This document shows, one piece after another, positions 8,610-18,311 of a DNA stretch of 64,000 nt (positions within the stretch are counted from its first letter, which is position 1; each line of letters begins with the position of its first letter). Made by a program: the position numbers and the translations under genes. The notes under the pieces were generated by a model. It saw only the letters and a list, made by a program, of their open reading frames with translations, was not told the DNA's origin and made no database searches. Source of the stretch: Minisyncoccota bacterium (lineage in GTDB: Bacteria > Patescibacteriota > Minisyncoccia > Phycocordibacterales > SBAW01); the NCBI GenBank assembly GCA_035546575.1, contig DASZWN010000001.1:212875-276874 (forward strand). Direction: 5' to 3'.

Positions 8610-9173
8610 GTGATCAAAAAACGCCTCGCGCAAGGAATCTATCAGGACGCTGGGATAATACTCCTCAGCATTTTTATTGCATTCATGCTGGTCGAGAGCG
8701 ATATCCTTAGTCAGTTTCTGGCTTCGCTCCATGGGGCGACCTATATCGGCAGTTTTATTGCGGGATTATTTTTTACCTCGGTATTTACCACCGCGCCCGC
8801 GATAGCGGCGCTCGGAGAAATATCGCAGCACTACTCGGTCGTGCTCAACGCGCTCTTTGGCGCCTTGGGCGCTGCAGTGGGGGACATGTTGCTGTTTTTG
8901 TTTGTGCGCGATCGCTTTTCAGACCACCTATCCGAGCTCATCAATACCCAGGGCGGGGGTCGGCGGCTCATGAAACTGTTTCGTCGTAGGTCATTCCGTT
9001 GGCTCACGTTCATGGTCGGCGGGCTTATAATCGCTTCGCCGCTTCCGGACGAGCTTGGCGTGACACTGCTTGGCTTTTCCAAGATGAAAGCACGCGGCTT
9101 CATTATTCTTTCACTCGTTTTCAACTTTATTGGTATCCTGCTTGTTGGCCTTGCGGCGCACGCGCTTGCGTAG
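8610..9173 (+). CDS. Hypothetical multi-pass membrane protein
   Basis: 4-5 predicted TM helices; listed ORF start at 8481 overlaps the upstream gene, so GTG 8610 (or ATG 8688) is more plausible. Confidence 0.45.
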   Translation: MIKKRLAQGIYQDAGIILLSIFIAFMLVESDILSQFLASLHGATYIGSFIAGLFFTSVFTTAPAIAALGEISQHYSVVLNALFGALGAAVGDMLLFLFVRDRFSDHLSELINTQGGGRRLMKLFRRRSFRWLTFMVGGLIIASPLPDELGVTLLGFSKMKARGFIILSLVFNFIGILLVGLAAHALA

Positions 9174-9209
9174 GTACAATGACAGCATTATTTAAATAAT
9201 ACACAGACA

Positions 9210-9533
9210 ATGATATTTTTCTTGATTATCGGCATTGTATTGGGAGCGCTGCTCGTGGTCTTTATCCTCCAGAACATGATGGTGGTTACCGTGAGCTTCT
9301 TTGCGTGGCAGATGACCGCCAGCTTGGCACTGATCCTCTTTTTGGCGGTGCTATGCGGAGTCACGATCGCACTCCTGCTCCTCCTTCCGAATCTGATTCG
9401 CGACGACCTCCGGCTTTCTCGCGCCAACCGCCGTGCCAAAGAGCTCGAGAACGAGCTTGCCGACCAAAAAGCCGCTCATGTAGCCATTGCTGCAGCACCA
9501 ACCACCCCAGCCCTGGAGGAAACAGTTCTGTAA
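9210..9533 (+). CDS. LapA-domain (DUF1049, YciS-like) inner membrane protein
   Basis: Two N-terminal TM helices followed by charged coiled tail, family-typical architecture. Confidence 0.6.
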   Translation: MIFFLIIGIVLGALLVVFILQNMMVVTVSFFAWQMTASLALILFLAVLCGVTIALLLLLPNLIRDDLRLSRANRRAKELENELADQKAAHVAIAAAPTTPALEETVL

Positions 9534-9611
9534 ATAACTGCATGAAGGTGCTTCAGGATAGCTTCATGCAATAGGCGTACGCTGACTACATTAAAAGTTT
9601 ATTTAGCGCGT

Positions 9612-9764
9612 ATGTTATACACAATCGCAGTCATCTTGGTCGTTTTGTGGCTTTTGGGTCTGGTGACTTCGTACACCATCGGCGGCTTCATACATATTCT
9701 TCTTGTGATCGCGATCATCATGGTGCTCTTGCGCTTGATCCAAGGCCGCAATCCTATTCAGTAA
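9612..9764 (+). CDS. Small membrane protein (lmo0937-like, 50 aa)
   Basis: MLYTIAVILVVLWLLGLVTSYTIGGFIHILLVIAIIMVLLRLIQGRNPIQ; not in ORF track (below size cutoff) but matches a conserved small-protein family. Confidence 0.45.
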   Translation: MLYTIAVILVVLWLLGLVTSYTIGGFIHILLVIAIIMVLLRLIQGRNPIQ

Positions 9765-9785
9765 TTACAAACTTATCGGCAGCTT

Positions 9786-10277
9786 ATGAAAACATCTACC
9801 GTACTCGGCATCGTCGTAGTGATCCTGATTGTCTTAGGAGGCTGGTATTGGTGGGCACACATGCCTGCTTCTCCAACAACACCAGAGCAGGGGACAACGG
9901 TTAACACCAATCCAAACGGCTCCGACTATCAGCCGGGCAACTTGCTCCTCGGCACCGATGCAACAACAAGCCTCGGTACCTACCTTATTGCAAGCAACGG
10001 CATGACGCTCTACAGCTTTACCAAAGACGGCAATGCAAGCTCAACATGCTACGGCCAGTGTGCCGTAACGTGGCCGCCCTACACCGTTGGCGATGCAAGC
10101 TATCTCTCTAACATCCAGGCAGGTGTTGAGGGTGATGTCGGTTCGATCGTTCGCGCCGACGGCTCAACGCAGGTTACCTACAACGGCCACCCGCTCTACT
10201 TCTACGCGCAAGATGAGGCCTCCGGCGACACCAAAGGGCAGAACGTAAATAGCGCTTGGTTCGTGGTCAAACCATAG
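9786..10277 (+). CDS. Secreted COG4315-type lipoprotein repeat protein
   Basis: N-terminal TM/signal, two LY(S/F)F.(K/Q)D repeats (GMTLYSFTKDG, GHPLYFYAQDE). Confidence 0.6.
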   Translation: MKTSTVLGIVVVILIVLGGWYWWAHMPASPTTPEQGTTVNTNPNGSDYQPGNLLLGTDATTSLGTYLIASNGMTLYSFTKDGNASSTCYGQCAVTWPPYTVGDASYLSNIQAGVEGDVGSIVRADGSTQVTYNGHPLYFYAQDEASGDTKGQNVNSAWFVVKP

Positions 10278-10294
10278 CACGCCCGCCCTAATTA

Positions 10295-10323
10295 TTGACA
10301 AAAAGGGTAAAAAAGAGTATAAT
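10295..10323 (+). promoter_or_regulatory. Consensus sigma70-type promoter TTGACA-17-TATAAT upstream of rlmB
   Basis: Exact TTGACA (10295-10300), 17-nt spacer, exact TATAAT (10318-10323). Confidence 0.5.
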
Positions 10324-10333
10324 TAGTGGTATT

Positions 10334-11083
10334 GTGACGCAGGGAAAAATCTACATATATGGCAAACATGCCGTGGAGGAAGCTCTGCGGCATGTTCCGC
10401 ATATCGTGCGCAAAATCTACATCTCTCCGCGCATGGAGGACAGCAAGCTGCGCACGCTCATTAACCGCAGCGGTGTTGCTGCCGACACGCTCGATGAGCG
10501 TAAGGTCTCCTCGCAGGTGGAAGGGGGAGCCTCGCACCAGGGCATTATTGCCCTTATCTCGCTCTCGAGCCTCGTCATTCCTTTTGAAAAGTTTCTCGAT
10601 ACATTCGTGCCGACCCCGGACACCGCCATACTGTTTTTGAGCGAGGTGCAAGATCCGCACAACGTGGGTGCGGCAATACGCTCTGCTGCCGCTTTTGGCG
10701 CAGCTGCAGTGCTGATGCCCACGCACAAACAATCGCCGATCACCGGCGCTGTCGTAAAGTCTTCTGCAGGAATGGCGTTGCGTATACCACTTGTCTCGGT
10801 AGAAAATACGCAGCAGGCAATAGCGAGCCTCAAGAAAAGGGGCATGCGCGTGTACGGTCTTGCGGGCGAGGCAAAGCGCTCAATCCATGACGAGGCGTTT
10901 GCGGAGCCCGCACTTTTTATACTCGGCAACGAGGGGAGCGGTATCGCGCCGTCGGCAAAAGCATTGTGCGACGAAATGCTCTCGATACCAATGAGCCCGC
11001 GCGCGGAGTCGCTCAATGTCGCGGCCTCGGGCGCCGTAGCGCTCTTTGCGTGGAGTCGCAAACATCTCAGCGCGCTGAAATAA
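10334..11083 (+). CDS. rlmB: 23S rRNA (Gm2251) 2'-O-methyltransferase RlmB / TrmH-family SpoU methyltransferase
   Basis: IYGKHAVEEAL N-terminus, SpoU motifs (HNVGAAIRSAAAFG, LGNEGSGI, SLNVAASGAVALF); start placed at GTG 10334 because the listed ORF start (TTG 10295) is the -35 box. Confidence 0.75.
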   Translation: MTQGKIYIYGKHAVEEALRHVPHIVRKIYISPRMEDSKLRTLINRSGVAADTLDERKVSSQVEGGASHQGIIALISLSSLVIPFEKFLDTFVPTPDTAILFLSEVQDPHNVGAAIRSAAAFGAAAVLMPTHKQSPITGAVVKSSAGMALRIPLVSVENTQQAIASLKKRGMRVYGLAGEAKRSIHDEAFAEPALFILGNEGSGIAPSAKALCDEMLSIPMSPRAESLNVAASGAVALFAWSRKHLSALK

Positions 11084-11150
11084 TTTCTGTAAGCAGAGTG
11101 TAGTACAAGATGGAGGTGATCGTGCGGATAATATGCTGAGGAGCATGTAG

Positions 11151-11774
11151 GTGTACTATAGGCAGGTGGAGGAAGCACGTATCCAGCCAAGCGACCCATC
11201 TCGCTCAGCGCGAGCCGAGACGGACGAAGAGCTCGCACGCCGCGTACAAAGCGGCGACAAAGAAGTCTTCGGCGCTCTGATGGAGCGCTACGAACAAAAG
11301 CTATTGCGGTATGGCGCAAAGTTTTTGGCCACCCACGATGACATTGTCGACATCGTGCAGGATGTATTTATCCGCACCTACCAAAACATCCAGAGCTTCG
11401 ACACATCGCAGCGGTTTTCTCCCTGGATATACCGCATCGCCCATAACGCCTTTGTAAATGCGCTCAAGAGGAGATCTTACAATCCACTGACGCTTGTCGA
11501 TTTTGATACCTTTATCTCGCATGTGGCCTATGAGGATCCGGCTCCTAAAGAGCGTGAACGTAAAGAGATGCGAGCAATGATAGACAAAGGGCTCGAAGAG
11601 CTCCAACCTAAATACCGCGAAGTGCTCATACTCCACTACCTCGAAGATATGCCATACAAAGAAATAGCCGATATTTTACAGATACCTTCGGGTACCGTGG
11701 GTATCCGCATCAAGCGCGCAAAAGAGGCGCTTAAGGGCGTGTATCAAAAAATGAATTTGGACTATGGAGCATAA
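11151..11774 (+). CDS. ECF-type RNA polymerase sigma factor (sigma-70 family group 4)
   Basis: Region 2 (VQDVFIRTYQNIQSFD...FSPWIYRIAHNAFVNALKRR) and region 4 HTH (MPYKEIADILQIPSGTVGIRIKRAKEALK); GAGGAG SD before GTG. Confidence 0.8.
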   Translation: MYYRQVEEARIQPSDPSRSARAETDEELARRVQSGDKEVFGALMERYEQKLLRYGAKFLATHDDIVDIVQDVFIRTYQNIQSFDTSQRFSPWIYRIAHNAFVNALKRRSYNPLTLVDFDTFISHVAYEDPAPKERERKEMRAMIDKGLEELQPKYREVLILHYLEDMPYKEIADILQIPSGTVGIRIKRAKEALKGVYQKMNLDYGA

Positions 11775-12495
11775 CCCTCACACACAGAGTGTACGCGAAA
11801 GCGTGCTCAACAAAATCCGCACCAACGAGCTCACACAACGCCCACGAATCTTTTTTATGCTCAATGTGGCGGCGGTAGTCTTGGTGGCACTTGCAGTACT
11901 CGTACTCTCGGTGCTTATCTTCAACTTTATTTTGTTCATGCTGCGGATTAACAGCCACGACACTCTTTTGGGTTTTGGTCCGCGTGGCTTAGAGCTGTTT
12001 ATCTATGTGTTTCCATGGCCACTGTTCTTTATCGACGTATTTCTGGTCCTGGCGCTCGAGTGGTTGATCCGTAAGTTCCGCATCGGTTACAAGATACCGG
12101 CACTCTATTTGCTCCTCGGGCTTCTCTTGGCAACCGCCGCCGCCTCGTTCTATATTGATCGCGGTACCGACTTTAACGATAAGCTCCTTCACCGCGCAGA
12201 CCGGCACGAATTGTTTTTTGTAGGCACGTTTGTTGAAGGTGCGCGCCGCCCTATGCCGGGTAGCGGCGTATGCGTATGCACCATAACCGCCATAGCAGGG
12301 AATACTCTTACGGTTGCCGATACTCGCAGCGGCACTACTACCGAGCTCACGGTCCTTTTGCCGCTTGATGACCCTCGCGCCACCACCACCTCGCTCAAGG
12401 TGGGTGATAGAGTATTTATTGCGGGCGATGCCGTTAGCGGAGCACTACGTGCGTTCGGCGTGCGCAAGGTCCCGGTGCAATCGAAGGTGCGATAA
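11764..12495 (+). CDS. Putative anti-sigma factor / membrane protein, translationally coupled to the ECF sigma gene
   Basis: ATG overlaps sigma stop (ATGGAGCATAA); N-terminal cytoplasmic segment, several TM helices, C-terminal domain. Confidence 0.45.
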   Translation: MEHNPHTQSVRESVLNKIRTNELTQRPRIFFMLNVAAVVLVALAVLVLSVLIFNFILFMLRINSHDTLLGFGPRGLELFIYVFPWPLFFIDVFLVLALEWLIRKFRIGYKIPALYLLLGLLLATAAASFYIDRGTDFNDKLLHRADRHELFFVGTFVEGARRPMPGSGVCVCTITAIAGNTLTVADTRSGTTTELTVLLPLDDPRATTTSLKVGDRVFIAGDAVSGALRAFGVRKVPVQSKVR

Positions 12496-12522
12496 TAACC
12501 TTATGTGTAATGTAACCCACAT

Positions 12523-12927
12523 ATGAATCTAAAAATACTCGCAGGAATTATTCTAGCGTTCGTGGCGGTTGCAGGAGGTATATTGTTTTTTATTTCGCCG
12601 AGCGCGCCCGAGCAGGCTCCAACTACTGGAGAGCGGCAAGACCCTTCTCAGCAGGTGTCTACTTCCACCGGCGAAGCATCTTCATCATCCTCGATAAGTA
12701 TGGAGATGGTTGCGGGGCATAATTCTGCGGCAAGCTGCTGGAGCACTATAAACGGTAAAGTGTACGACCTCACTTCATGGATTAACCGCCATCCCGGCGG
12801 ACCGGACGCCATCCTTTCGCTATGCGGCAAAGACGGATCCTCCGCATTTAATGCTCAGCATGGCGGGCAATCTCGCCCCGCCAACGAGCTCGCAGGCTTC
12901 TATATAGGAGACGCTGCGACGCACTAA
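12523..12927 (+). CDS. Cytochrome b5-like heme-binding domain protein, membrane anchored
   Basis: N-terminal TM then GKVYDLTSWINRHPGGPDAI...NAQHG cyt-b5 signature. Confidence 0.65.
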   Translation: MNLKILAGIILAFVAVAGGILFFISPSAPEQAPTTGERQDPSQQVSTSTGEASSSSSISMEMVAGHNSAASCWSTINGKVYDLTSWINRHPGGPDAILSLCGKDGSSAFNAQHGGQSRPANELAGFYIGDAATH

Positions 12928-12931
12928 TCAG

Positions 12932-13366
12932 ATGAGCCTCTACACAGTTGTTTTTTATAGCCACTTAGCGTCGCTCGCGCTTGCTGCTGTGGGTGTGTTA
13001 TATGCCGACAAGCTCGGTTTTTCTTGGTTGCGCGGCAAACAGGAAACACTCCAAAAAATGCATCTTGTATGGGCACATTACCTAGTCTCATGCGCGCTCG
13101 TACTACTTATCCTTTCTGGGTTGTATCTGTTTTGGCCAATGCGCGTATACCTGCTTCATCAATGGCTCTTTTACGTTAAGATGGCGTTCGTGCTTGCGCT
13201 TATCGTAAACTCTTTTGCGATAGGAAAGTTAATGCACACCGCCACGCACACGCCGCATCACACGCTCTCGTGGAGTGAAAAGCTCCCGTTCTATATAAGC
13301 GGCATTGTGTCTATGGTATGTTGGGCGGGTGCCGGAGTAACCGCGCTCCTGCTGTTTTACTTTTAG
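12932..13366 (+). CDS. Hypothetical four-TM membrane protein
   Basis: Four hydrophobic helices, no motif. Confidence 0.45.
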   Translation: MSLYTVVFYSHLASLALAAVGVLYADKLGFSWLRGKQETLQKMHLVWAHYLVSCALVLLILSGLYLFWPMRVYLLHQWLFYVKMAFVLALIVNSFAIGKLMHTATHTPHHTLSWSEKLPFYISGIVSMVCWAGAGVTALLLFYF

Positions 13367-13416
13367 CGCAATGAAATAAAGCAGGCTCACCGGTTGTACT
13401 AAGGGCAAGCAGGCGC

Positions 13417-15252
13417 ATGCCGTTTTTATTATTTTCGACGCTTATAGATATGACACACAGCGCTAAGCAGCTTTATGGTGGGACGGCAAAACGCATTGGC
13501 GCCTGGTTTACCTCGGTTAAAAAGTACGCCTTTGCGCACAAATTTATCAGCGCAATCGTGATCGTCGTCCTGCTCGGGGGCGGGTGGTGGGTGTATGGCA
13601 AAGCAACTGCCGCGCACGCCGAGACGCGCTATGTGCTCGGCAACGTAGAGAAAGGGACGATCATCAGCACTGTTTCGGGTTCGGGCCAAGTGTCAGCGTC
13701 TCGTCAGCTTGATATAAAACCGGAAGTATCGGGTAAATTAATATACATCGGCGTTAAGCCAGGGCAGAAAGTGCAGCAAGGCGCGTTGATCGCTGAAGTA
13801 GATCCTACAAGCGCGCAAAAAGCATTGCGCGACGCGCAAAATAATTTGGAGACGGCAAAACTCACGCTTGAGAAGCTGCAAAAACCGGTAACGGGCCTTT
13901 CCCTGATACAAGCGCAAAATGCCGTAACAAGCGCGCAGGATTCGCTTACAAAAACCTACAGCGACAGCGAAAGCGATATCGTGGCTGCCTTCTTGGCATT
14001 GCCTGATATCATGAGCGGCCTGCAAAACATTGTTATCGGTACTACTGCCAGCCATGGCAGCCAATGGAATATCGACTACTACCGTGATGCCTCTGCCAAC
14101 TACGACAGTAAGGCATTTTCGTATCGTGACGATGCATACAACACCTATATCACTGCAAAAGCGGCGTACGACAAAACATTTGCCGACTACCAGGCCGCAG
14201 GCAACTCGCCGAGCACTGCAACGATAGAGTCGCTCGCTGCTGAGACCAATGACATGCTCAAGACAATTGCTGCAGCGCTCAAGAGCTCAAACTCATTTAT
14301 CCAATTCTATTCCGACACGATTACCAATCATAATCAGAATCCATCGAGTGTTGCGACTGCCGCTATAGCGTCGCTCGGTTCCTACATTAGCACCGCTACA
14401 AACCAGCTCTCGGCGCTCTCCGGCGACACCACAAGCATCAAGACCGGCAAACAAAATATCATTGAGAAGACTCAGTCGCTTGCAGATTTGACCGATGGCC
14501 CGGACGACCTCGATGTGCGCAGCGACCAGCTCACCATTCAGCAGCGCCAAGACGCAGTGACCGACGCGCAGGATACGCTTGCTAAGTATTATGTGCGTGC
14601 GCCGTTTGCGGGCACGATAACTGCGGTCAATGCATACGTAGGCGACGACGCGGGCACCGCTGCTGTCGCAAGCATCATCACCCCGCAGCAGATTGTCGAG
14701 CTCTCGCTCAACGAGGTTGATGCGGCAAAAGTAAAAGTCGGCAACAAGGCAACCCTTACGTTCGACGCTATCGACGACCTCTCGCTCACTGGGAGTGTGG
14801 CGCAAGTAGACTCGGTCGGTGCAGTGAGCCAGGGCGTAGTGAGCTACAAGGTACAGATCAGCCTCGACACCCAAGATGTGCGCGTAAAACCGGGCATGAC
14901 CGTTAACGCGAGCATCCAGACCGACGTGCATACTGATGTGCTTACCGTGCCATCGAGCGCGGTTAAGACGACAAACGGTGTAAGCGTAGTGCAGGTGTTT
15001 ACGCCGCCGCTTGCAGACACAGGCGGTACCGCAGGTGTTGTATCAAAGACGTTGCCTGTGCCTGTGCAAGTTACAACAGGCATTTCCGACGACACCAACA
15101 TCGAGATACTCTCCGGCCTGACAGAAGGAGAGCAGGTGGTGACCCGCACTATTTCCGGCACTGCGGCTGCAGCAACTACGCGCACTACCACTACCAACAG
15201 AGGCGGCTTTGGCGGCGGCGCAGCCCCGGCTGGAGCGGCGATACGACTCTAA
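13417..15252 (+). CDS. Efflux transporter periplasmic adaptor subunit (HlyD/MacA family) with long coiled-coil
   Basis: N-terminal TM, biotinyl/lipoyl-like beta hairpin (EVSGKLIYIGVKPGQKVQQGALIAEVD), long coiled coil, C-terminal beta-barrel; upstream of MacB-like ABC pair. Confidence 0.75.
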   Translation: MPFLLFSTLIDMTHSAKQLYGGTAKRIGAWFTSVKKYAFAHKFISAIVIVVLLGGGWWVYGKATAAHAETRYVLGNVEKGTIISTVSGSGQVSASRQLDIKPEVSGKLIYIGVKPGQKVQQGALIAEVDPTSAQKALRDAQNNLETAKLTLEKLQKPVTGLSLIQAQNAVTSAQDSLTKTYSDSESDIVAAFLALPDIMSGLQNIVIGTTASHGSQWNIDYYRDASANYDSKAFSYRDDAYNTYITAKAAYDKTFADYQAAGNSPSTATIESLAAETNDMLKTIAAALKSSNSFIQFYSDTITNHNQNPSSVATAAIASLGSYISTATNQLSALSGDTTSIKTGKQNIIEKTQSLADLTDGPDDLDVRSDQLTIQQRQDAVTDAQDTLAKYYVRAPFAGTITAVNAYVGDDAGTAAVASIITPQQIVELSLNEVDAAKVKVGNKATLTFDAIDDLSLTGSVAQVDSVGAVSQGVVSYKVQISLDTQDVRVKPGMTVNASIQTDVHTDVLTVPSSAVKTTNGVSVVQVFTPPLADTGGTAGVVSKTLPVPVQVTTGISDDTNIEILSGLTEGEQVVTRTISGTAAAATTRTTTTNRGGFGGGAAPAGAAIRL

Positions 15253-15974
15253 TGATAGAAATAAAAAACATTACCAAGACCTACGGCTCGGGAGAAAACG
15301 AGTTCCAAGCGCTTAAAGGGGTGTCGTTTACTATCGAAGACGGCGAGTTTGTCGCTATCATGGGCCCCTCGGGCTCGGGCAAGTCGACACTCATGCATAT
15401 CTTGGGCTGCCTCGACACGCCCACATCCGGCTCGTACCATCTCGACCATAAAGATGTATCTAAGTTAGACGACGAGGAGCTCGCGGAGATCCGCAAAGAC
15501 AAAATCGGATTCGTGTTCCAGTCGTTTAACCTGCTGCCGCGCACCACGGTGCTCCGCAACGTGATGCTGCCGCTTATATATGCGGGAGTGGGGGAAGGCG
15601 AGCGAGAAAAGCGTGCCATACAATCGCTGCTCTCGGCGGGCATGGTAGAGACGCACTTTTTGCACAAGAGCAACGAACTCTCGGGCGGCCAGATACAGCG
15701 CGTGGCTATCGCCCGCGCGCTGGTTAACGACCCGTCGCTTATTCTGGCCGACGAGCCGACCGGCAACCTCGACACGCGCACCGGCGAGATCGTACTCGGC
15801 ACGTTCCAAAAATTAAATAAGGAGCACGGCCGCACTATTGTGCTCATTACGCACGAGCAAGACGTTGCCGAGCACGCAAAGCGCATTATTGTGCTGCGCG
15901 ACGGCGTGATACTCTCCGACAAAAAACATCAGCAGAAAATCGCGCATATCCACAAAGAGGCACAAACATCATGA
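15252..15974 (+). CDS. ABC transporter ATP-binding protein (MacB/LolD type)
   Basis: [35 protein letters not shown]; TAATG overlap with adaptor gene. Confidence 0.9.
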   Translation: MIEIKNITKTYGSGENEFQALKGVSFTIEDGEFVAIMGPSGSGKSTLMHILGCLDTPTSGSYHLDHKDVSKLDDEELAEIRKDKIGFVFQSFNLLPRTTVLRNVMLPLIYAGVGEGEREKRAIQSLLSAGMVETHFLHKSNELSGGQIQRVAIARALVNDPSLILADEPTGNLDTRTGEIVLGTFQKLNKEHGRTIVLITHEQDVAEHAKRIIVLRDGVILSDKKHQQKIAHIHKEAQTS

Positions 15975-17206
15975 CCCTCAAAGACACACTGCAAGAAACA
16001 TATGCCGCGCTCTCGGCCAACAAAGTGCGCTCGGGGCTCACCATCTTGGGCATTGTGATAGGCATCTCGTCGGTTATAGCAATGGTCTCGATCGGGAGCG
16101 GCGCCTCCAACTCGATCTCCTCGAGCATCAACTCGCTCGGCTCCAACTTGCTCCAGATTATGCCGGGTGCCATACGCGCAGTCGGCGGATTCTCGGTGTC
16201 GGCGGGTCGCGGGGGAGCAAAGACGCTCACGCAGGCCGATGCCGACGCGATACTCGCGCAAGTGGCCGATGTGCAGGCGGTGGCATCGGAAGTAACGGGC
16301 CGATATCAAATTACTGCAAAGGGCACCAATACCAACACGACCGTTGATGGCACTACCAGCGGTTATCCTGCAATCCGCAATGTCTCTGTGGCCGAGGGTT
16401 CGTTTATTAGCGACACTCAAAATGACTCTGCTGCAAAGGTTGCAGTACTCGGGCCCACCACGATGACAGACTTGTTTGGCGAGGACGCCGATGCTGCTTC
16501 AGTGGTGGGGCAAGCTATCCGTATCAAGGGCATGGAGTTTAAAGTGATAGGCATCACTGCGGCAAAAGGGGGGAGCGGTTTCAGTAATGCCGACGACATT
16601 ATTTATATTCCGGCAAAAAGCGCCCAGCGCTACCTTTCGGGCGATCAATACCTAACCTCCATAGACGTGCAGGCGGTTAATGCCGACAGCATGACGCAGG
16701 TACAGGCCGACATCACCGCGCTCTTGCTCGACAGGCACCATATCTCCGACGAGACGCAGGCCGACTTTAGCGTGCTCAACCAGGCGGACATCTTGGCCTC
16801 CGCCTCGAGCATCACCGCAACGCTCACGTATTTGCTTGCGGCTATTGGCGGTATCAGTTTGTTGGTGGGCGGCATCGGGATCATGAACATGATGCTCACC
16901 ACAGTGACCGAGCGCACGCGCGAGATAGGCTTGCGCAAAGCAATCGGTGCCAAAAAGAGCGACATCACCAAACAGTTTTTGATCGAGGCAATAGCGCTCA
17001 CGCTTGTAGGTGGCGCTATCGGTATCGCGCTTGGTTGGCTGATATCAGCCGCAGTTAACCTCACGGGGCTTGTCTCAACCAGTGTCTCGCTCACTTCTAT
17101 CCTCATTGCGTTCGGCGTGTCTGCCTTGATAGGCATCGTGTTCGGATACTATCCGGCGCGCCGGGCGGCAGGGCTGAACCCTATCGAGGCGTTAAGGTAC
17201 GAGTGA
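15971..17206 (+). CDS. ABC transporter permease (MacB/FtsX family)
   Basis: N-terminal TM, large periplasmic domain, C-terminal three-TM FtsX domain; 4-nt overlap with ATPase gene. Confidence 0.85.
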   Translation: MTLKDTLQETYAALSANKVRSGLTILGIVIGISSVIAMVSIGSGASNSISSSINSLGSNLLQIMPGAIRAVGGFSVSAGRGGAKTLTQADADAILAQVADVQAVASEVTGRYQITAKGTNTNTTVDGTTSGYPAIRNVSVAEGSFISDTQNDSAAKVAVLGPTTMTDLFGEDADAASVVGQAIRIKGMEFKVIGITAAKGGSGFSNADDIIYIPAKSAQRYLSGDQYLTSIDVQAVNADSMTQVQADITALLLDRHHISDETQADFSVLNQADILASASSITATLTYLLAAIGGISLLVGGIGIMNMMLTTVTERTREIGLRKAIGAKKSDITKQFLIEAIALTLVGGAIGIALGWLISAAVNLTGLVSTSVSLTSILIAFGVSALIGIVFGYYPARRAAGLNPIEALRYE

Positions 17207-17267
17207 ACAAATCTCCTTCGTAGAAGGAAGATTTTTCACAAATTAATAGAGAAAGATTTAAAAATAT

Positions 17268-17723
17268 ATGAGCAAAAACAATAAAATCATCGCAGCTGTA
17301 GTTGTAGTTGTGCTTATGGGCGCAAGTTTTTACGGCGGCATGGTCTATGCAAAAAGCGGTACTGGTGCGCGAGCTAACTTTGCCAATGGCACCACAGTTA
17401 CCTTTACCCGCGGCATGGGTGCGGGCGGCATGGCAGGCGGTCGCGGTTTTACGAGCGGCGGGTTTACGGCAGGCAAAATCATCTCGAACTCCGGCACCAG
17501 CATCTCGATCCAGCAGCAAAATGGCAGCAGCAGCGAGATAGTACTCATTAGCCCGTCAACGCAGATACTAAAATCGGCGTCTGGCACGGCGAGTGACCTT
17601 ACGGAGGGTACGCAAGTCACGGTTACGGGTACGACTAATAGCGATGGCAGCGTTACAGCGCAGTCCATCCAGATCCGCCCAGCGGGTGTGGGGTTTGAGG
17701 TACGCGGAGCACAGACACAATAG
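17268..17723 (+). CDS. Hypothetical exported Gly/Thr-rich protein
   Basis: TM anchor, GMGAGGMAGGRGFTSGGF glycine-rich segment, C-terminal beta-rich domain. Confidence 0.5.
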   Translation: MSKNNKIIAAVVVVVLMGASFYGGMVYAKSGTGARANFANGTTVTFTRGMGAGGMAGGRGFTSGGFTAGKIISNSGTSISIQQQNGSSSEIVLISPSTQILKSASGTASDLTEGTQVTVTGTTNSDGSVTAQSIQIRPAGVGFEVRGAQTQ

Positions 17724-17748
17724 GTCTTCATCGAAATTTAACTCGGGA

Positions 17749-17781
17749 GTAGCCATACTTACAGTATGGCTATCTTTTTTA
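17749..17781 (+). terminator. Intrinsic terminator
   Basis: GTAGCCATACttacaGTATGGCTAT followed by CTTTTTTATT. Confidence 0.6.
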
Positions 17782-17980
17782 TTGTCATGGGAGTGCTCGT
17801 GCTGGTGGTGTTTGGCCTGGGCCTGGCCCAGTGGGCAGAGGGCGCAGATGCTATTGATAAAGAAGAAAAGCAAAAAGTCCGAGCAGAAAGCCCGCGGTTA
17901 ATAATCCCTTCAGACAGTATCCGTATACTGAGTGAGGTCGAAGCAGATTACTCGCATATTCGCATCTAATCAATAAAAAT

Positions 17981-18118
17981 ATGACAAACGATAATCGCAA
18001 TACGTCGCAGGGCAGCAACAAAGATTCAAATCGCTCAGACACCTCTTCTCAAAACACCAACTCAACAGGCAGCCAGAGCGACAGCTCTCGCGGCTCGATG
18101 GATAACTCGCGAGAGTAA
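17981..18118 (+). CDS. Possible small Ser/Asn/Gln-rich disordered protein (45 aa)
   Basis: ATG-initiated ORF (MTNDNRNTSQGSNKDSNRSDTSSQNTNSTGSQSDSSRGSMDNSRE) followed 20 nt later by a strong terminator; no SD, low complexity. Confidence 0.25.
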   Translation: MTNDNRNTSQGSNKDSNRSDTSSQNTNSTGSQSDSSRGSMDNSRE

Positions 18119-18136
18119 ATCCTACAACATACTACA

Positions 18137-18178
18137 CACAGCACAGCGGGTCGCCCATGCGACCCGCTGTGCTGTTTG
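18137..18178 (+). terminator. Intrinsic terminator (17-bp perfect stem)
   Basis: ACAGCACAGCGGGTCGCccatGCGACCCGCTGTGCTGT followed by TT. Confidence 0.7.
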
Positions 18179-18311
18179 ATATATAAGAGTTTTTGATGTA
18201 TTATATAAGTATAGCTCGGGGCCAGCCCGGCTTCTTTTTATAGTCTAGCGAGTGAGAGAAAAGGAGGGGCTTTCCTTCCTTTTCCGAGCGAGCGACGATT
18301 ATATTCATAAT

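Noticed and set aside
17766-17969. 67-aa plus-strand ORF
   Set aside because: Its ATG lies inside the stem of the intrinsic terminator at 17749..17781 and it has no SD, so it is unlikely to be expressed as a protein.
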